Origin: Bispira polyomma
Lineage: Eukaryota
Direction of reading: 5' to 3'
Assembly: GCA_965649765.1 (NCBI GenBank)
Contig: OZ287754.1
Coordinates: forward strand, 17,360,001-17,424,000
Length of the DNA: 64,000 nucleotides
Shown here: in pieces, positions 63,533 through 64,000 of the stretch
How positions within the stretch are numbered: position 1 is the stretch's first letter
How the letters are laid out: each line of letters begins with the position of its first letter
The notes under the pieces: generated by a model
The model's input: the letters and a program-made list of their open reading frames with translations, nothing else
What the model was told of the DNA's origin: nothing
Database searches by the model: none
Made by a program: the position numbers and the translations under genes

Positions 63533-63784
63533 TAGCAAGCATTGCTCTTCACAATCACTGGTCTCTCACCTCTGGGATCGGCTGGTGTGGGTTCGACTCT
63601 CATTGATGCCTATGTGGGAAAGGTGGTAGTTCCTTACTGTGGGCCGCTGGTTTCAGTGCAGAATCTTGATCAACTGTATGCAGTGTTCCCTCCAGTGTTT
63701 CCAACTACCCTTTCCAATATAACCTAAACAGGTACTAGAGTGGACGTTAAATATCCCAATTGAAAAAAAAAAAAAAAAAATTCT
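63533..63784 (+). mobile_element. Young SINE (family A), slightly 5'-truncated, with 10-bp TSD
   Basis: TSD tttatctcac at 63523-63532 and 63785-63794; B box GTTCGACTCT; A-rich tail. Confidence 0.88.
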
Positions 63785-63862
63785 TTTATCTCACAGAGTA
63801 CAGTACCACCCCCAACATGTTTGTATAAAAGAAGGTGTCTCTGTATTTTTTGTGTCTTTCAG

Positions 63863-64000
63863 ACGCCAGGTCTGCCCAGCCAGAGCAGACAGCAGTGCCG
63901 TCACGTCGTCGCCAACCACCCGCACGTCAGATCGCCAGGACAATAGTTGCCGAGAGGGTGAGGTCAGCCATAGCCGAACACAGAGCCACGAGAAGTCACC
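63863..64000 (+). CDS. PHRF1: PHRF1 exon, partial (DARSAQ...QIARTIVAERVRSAIAEHR...)
   Basis: tttcag acceptor, phase 1, open to the window end. Confidence 0.88.

Larger units (their letters stand above)
50003..64000 (+). other. PHRF1: PHRF1 gene span (PHD and RING finger domain-containing protein 1), 5' part; continues beyond the window
   Basis: Acidic N-terminus, [75 protein letters not shown], then IARTIVAERVR, matching PHRF1 IARTRQSERVR. Confidence 0.92.

Overview
AT-rich animal genomic DNA. The repeat families suggest an invertebrate, probably a mollusc or other lophotrochozoan (inference). Two spliced host genes lie head-to-head. CCDC91 (p56/GGA-binding coiled-coil protein) is on the minus strand: 14 coding exons from 27000 to 10058, about 547 aa, reconstructed by hand with consistent GT-AG phases. 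The 5' part of PHRF1 (RING + PHD) is on the plus strand: 7 coding exons from 50003, running off the window. Most remaining sequence is transposon-derived. It includes a decayed DIRS1-type tyrosine-recombinase retrotransposon with intact ITRs and ICR in a CCDC91 intron, a second 3'-truncated DIRS, and the 5' end of a probable third YR element at the window start. There is also a nested LINE>Gypsy>hAT stack, Ginger2-like and MULE-like deletion derivatives, a Helentron-associated (HINE-like) element, tRNA-derived SINEs and many MITEs. The most unusual signal is at splice sites. A 14x62-bp array multiplies a CCDC91 acceptor and an 8-copy array multiplies a PHRF1 donor; simple extension to any extra site gives a premature stop. 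A MITE also appears to have inserted exactly into the TA of a GTAAGT donor. No CRISPR, rRNA or true tRNA gene was found.
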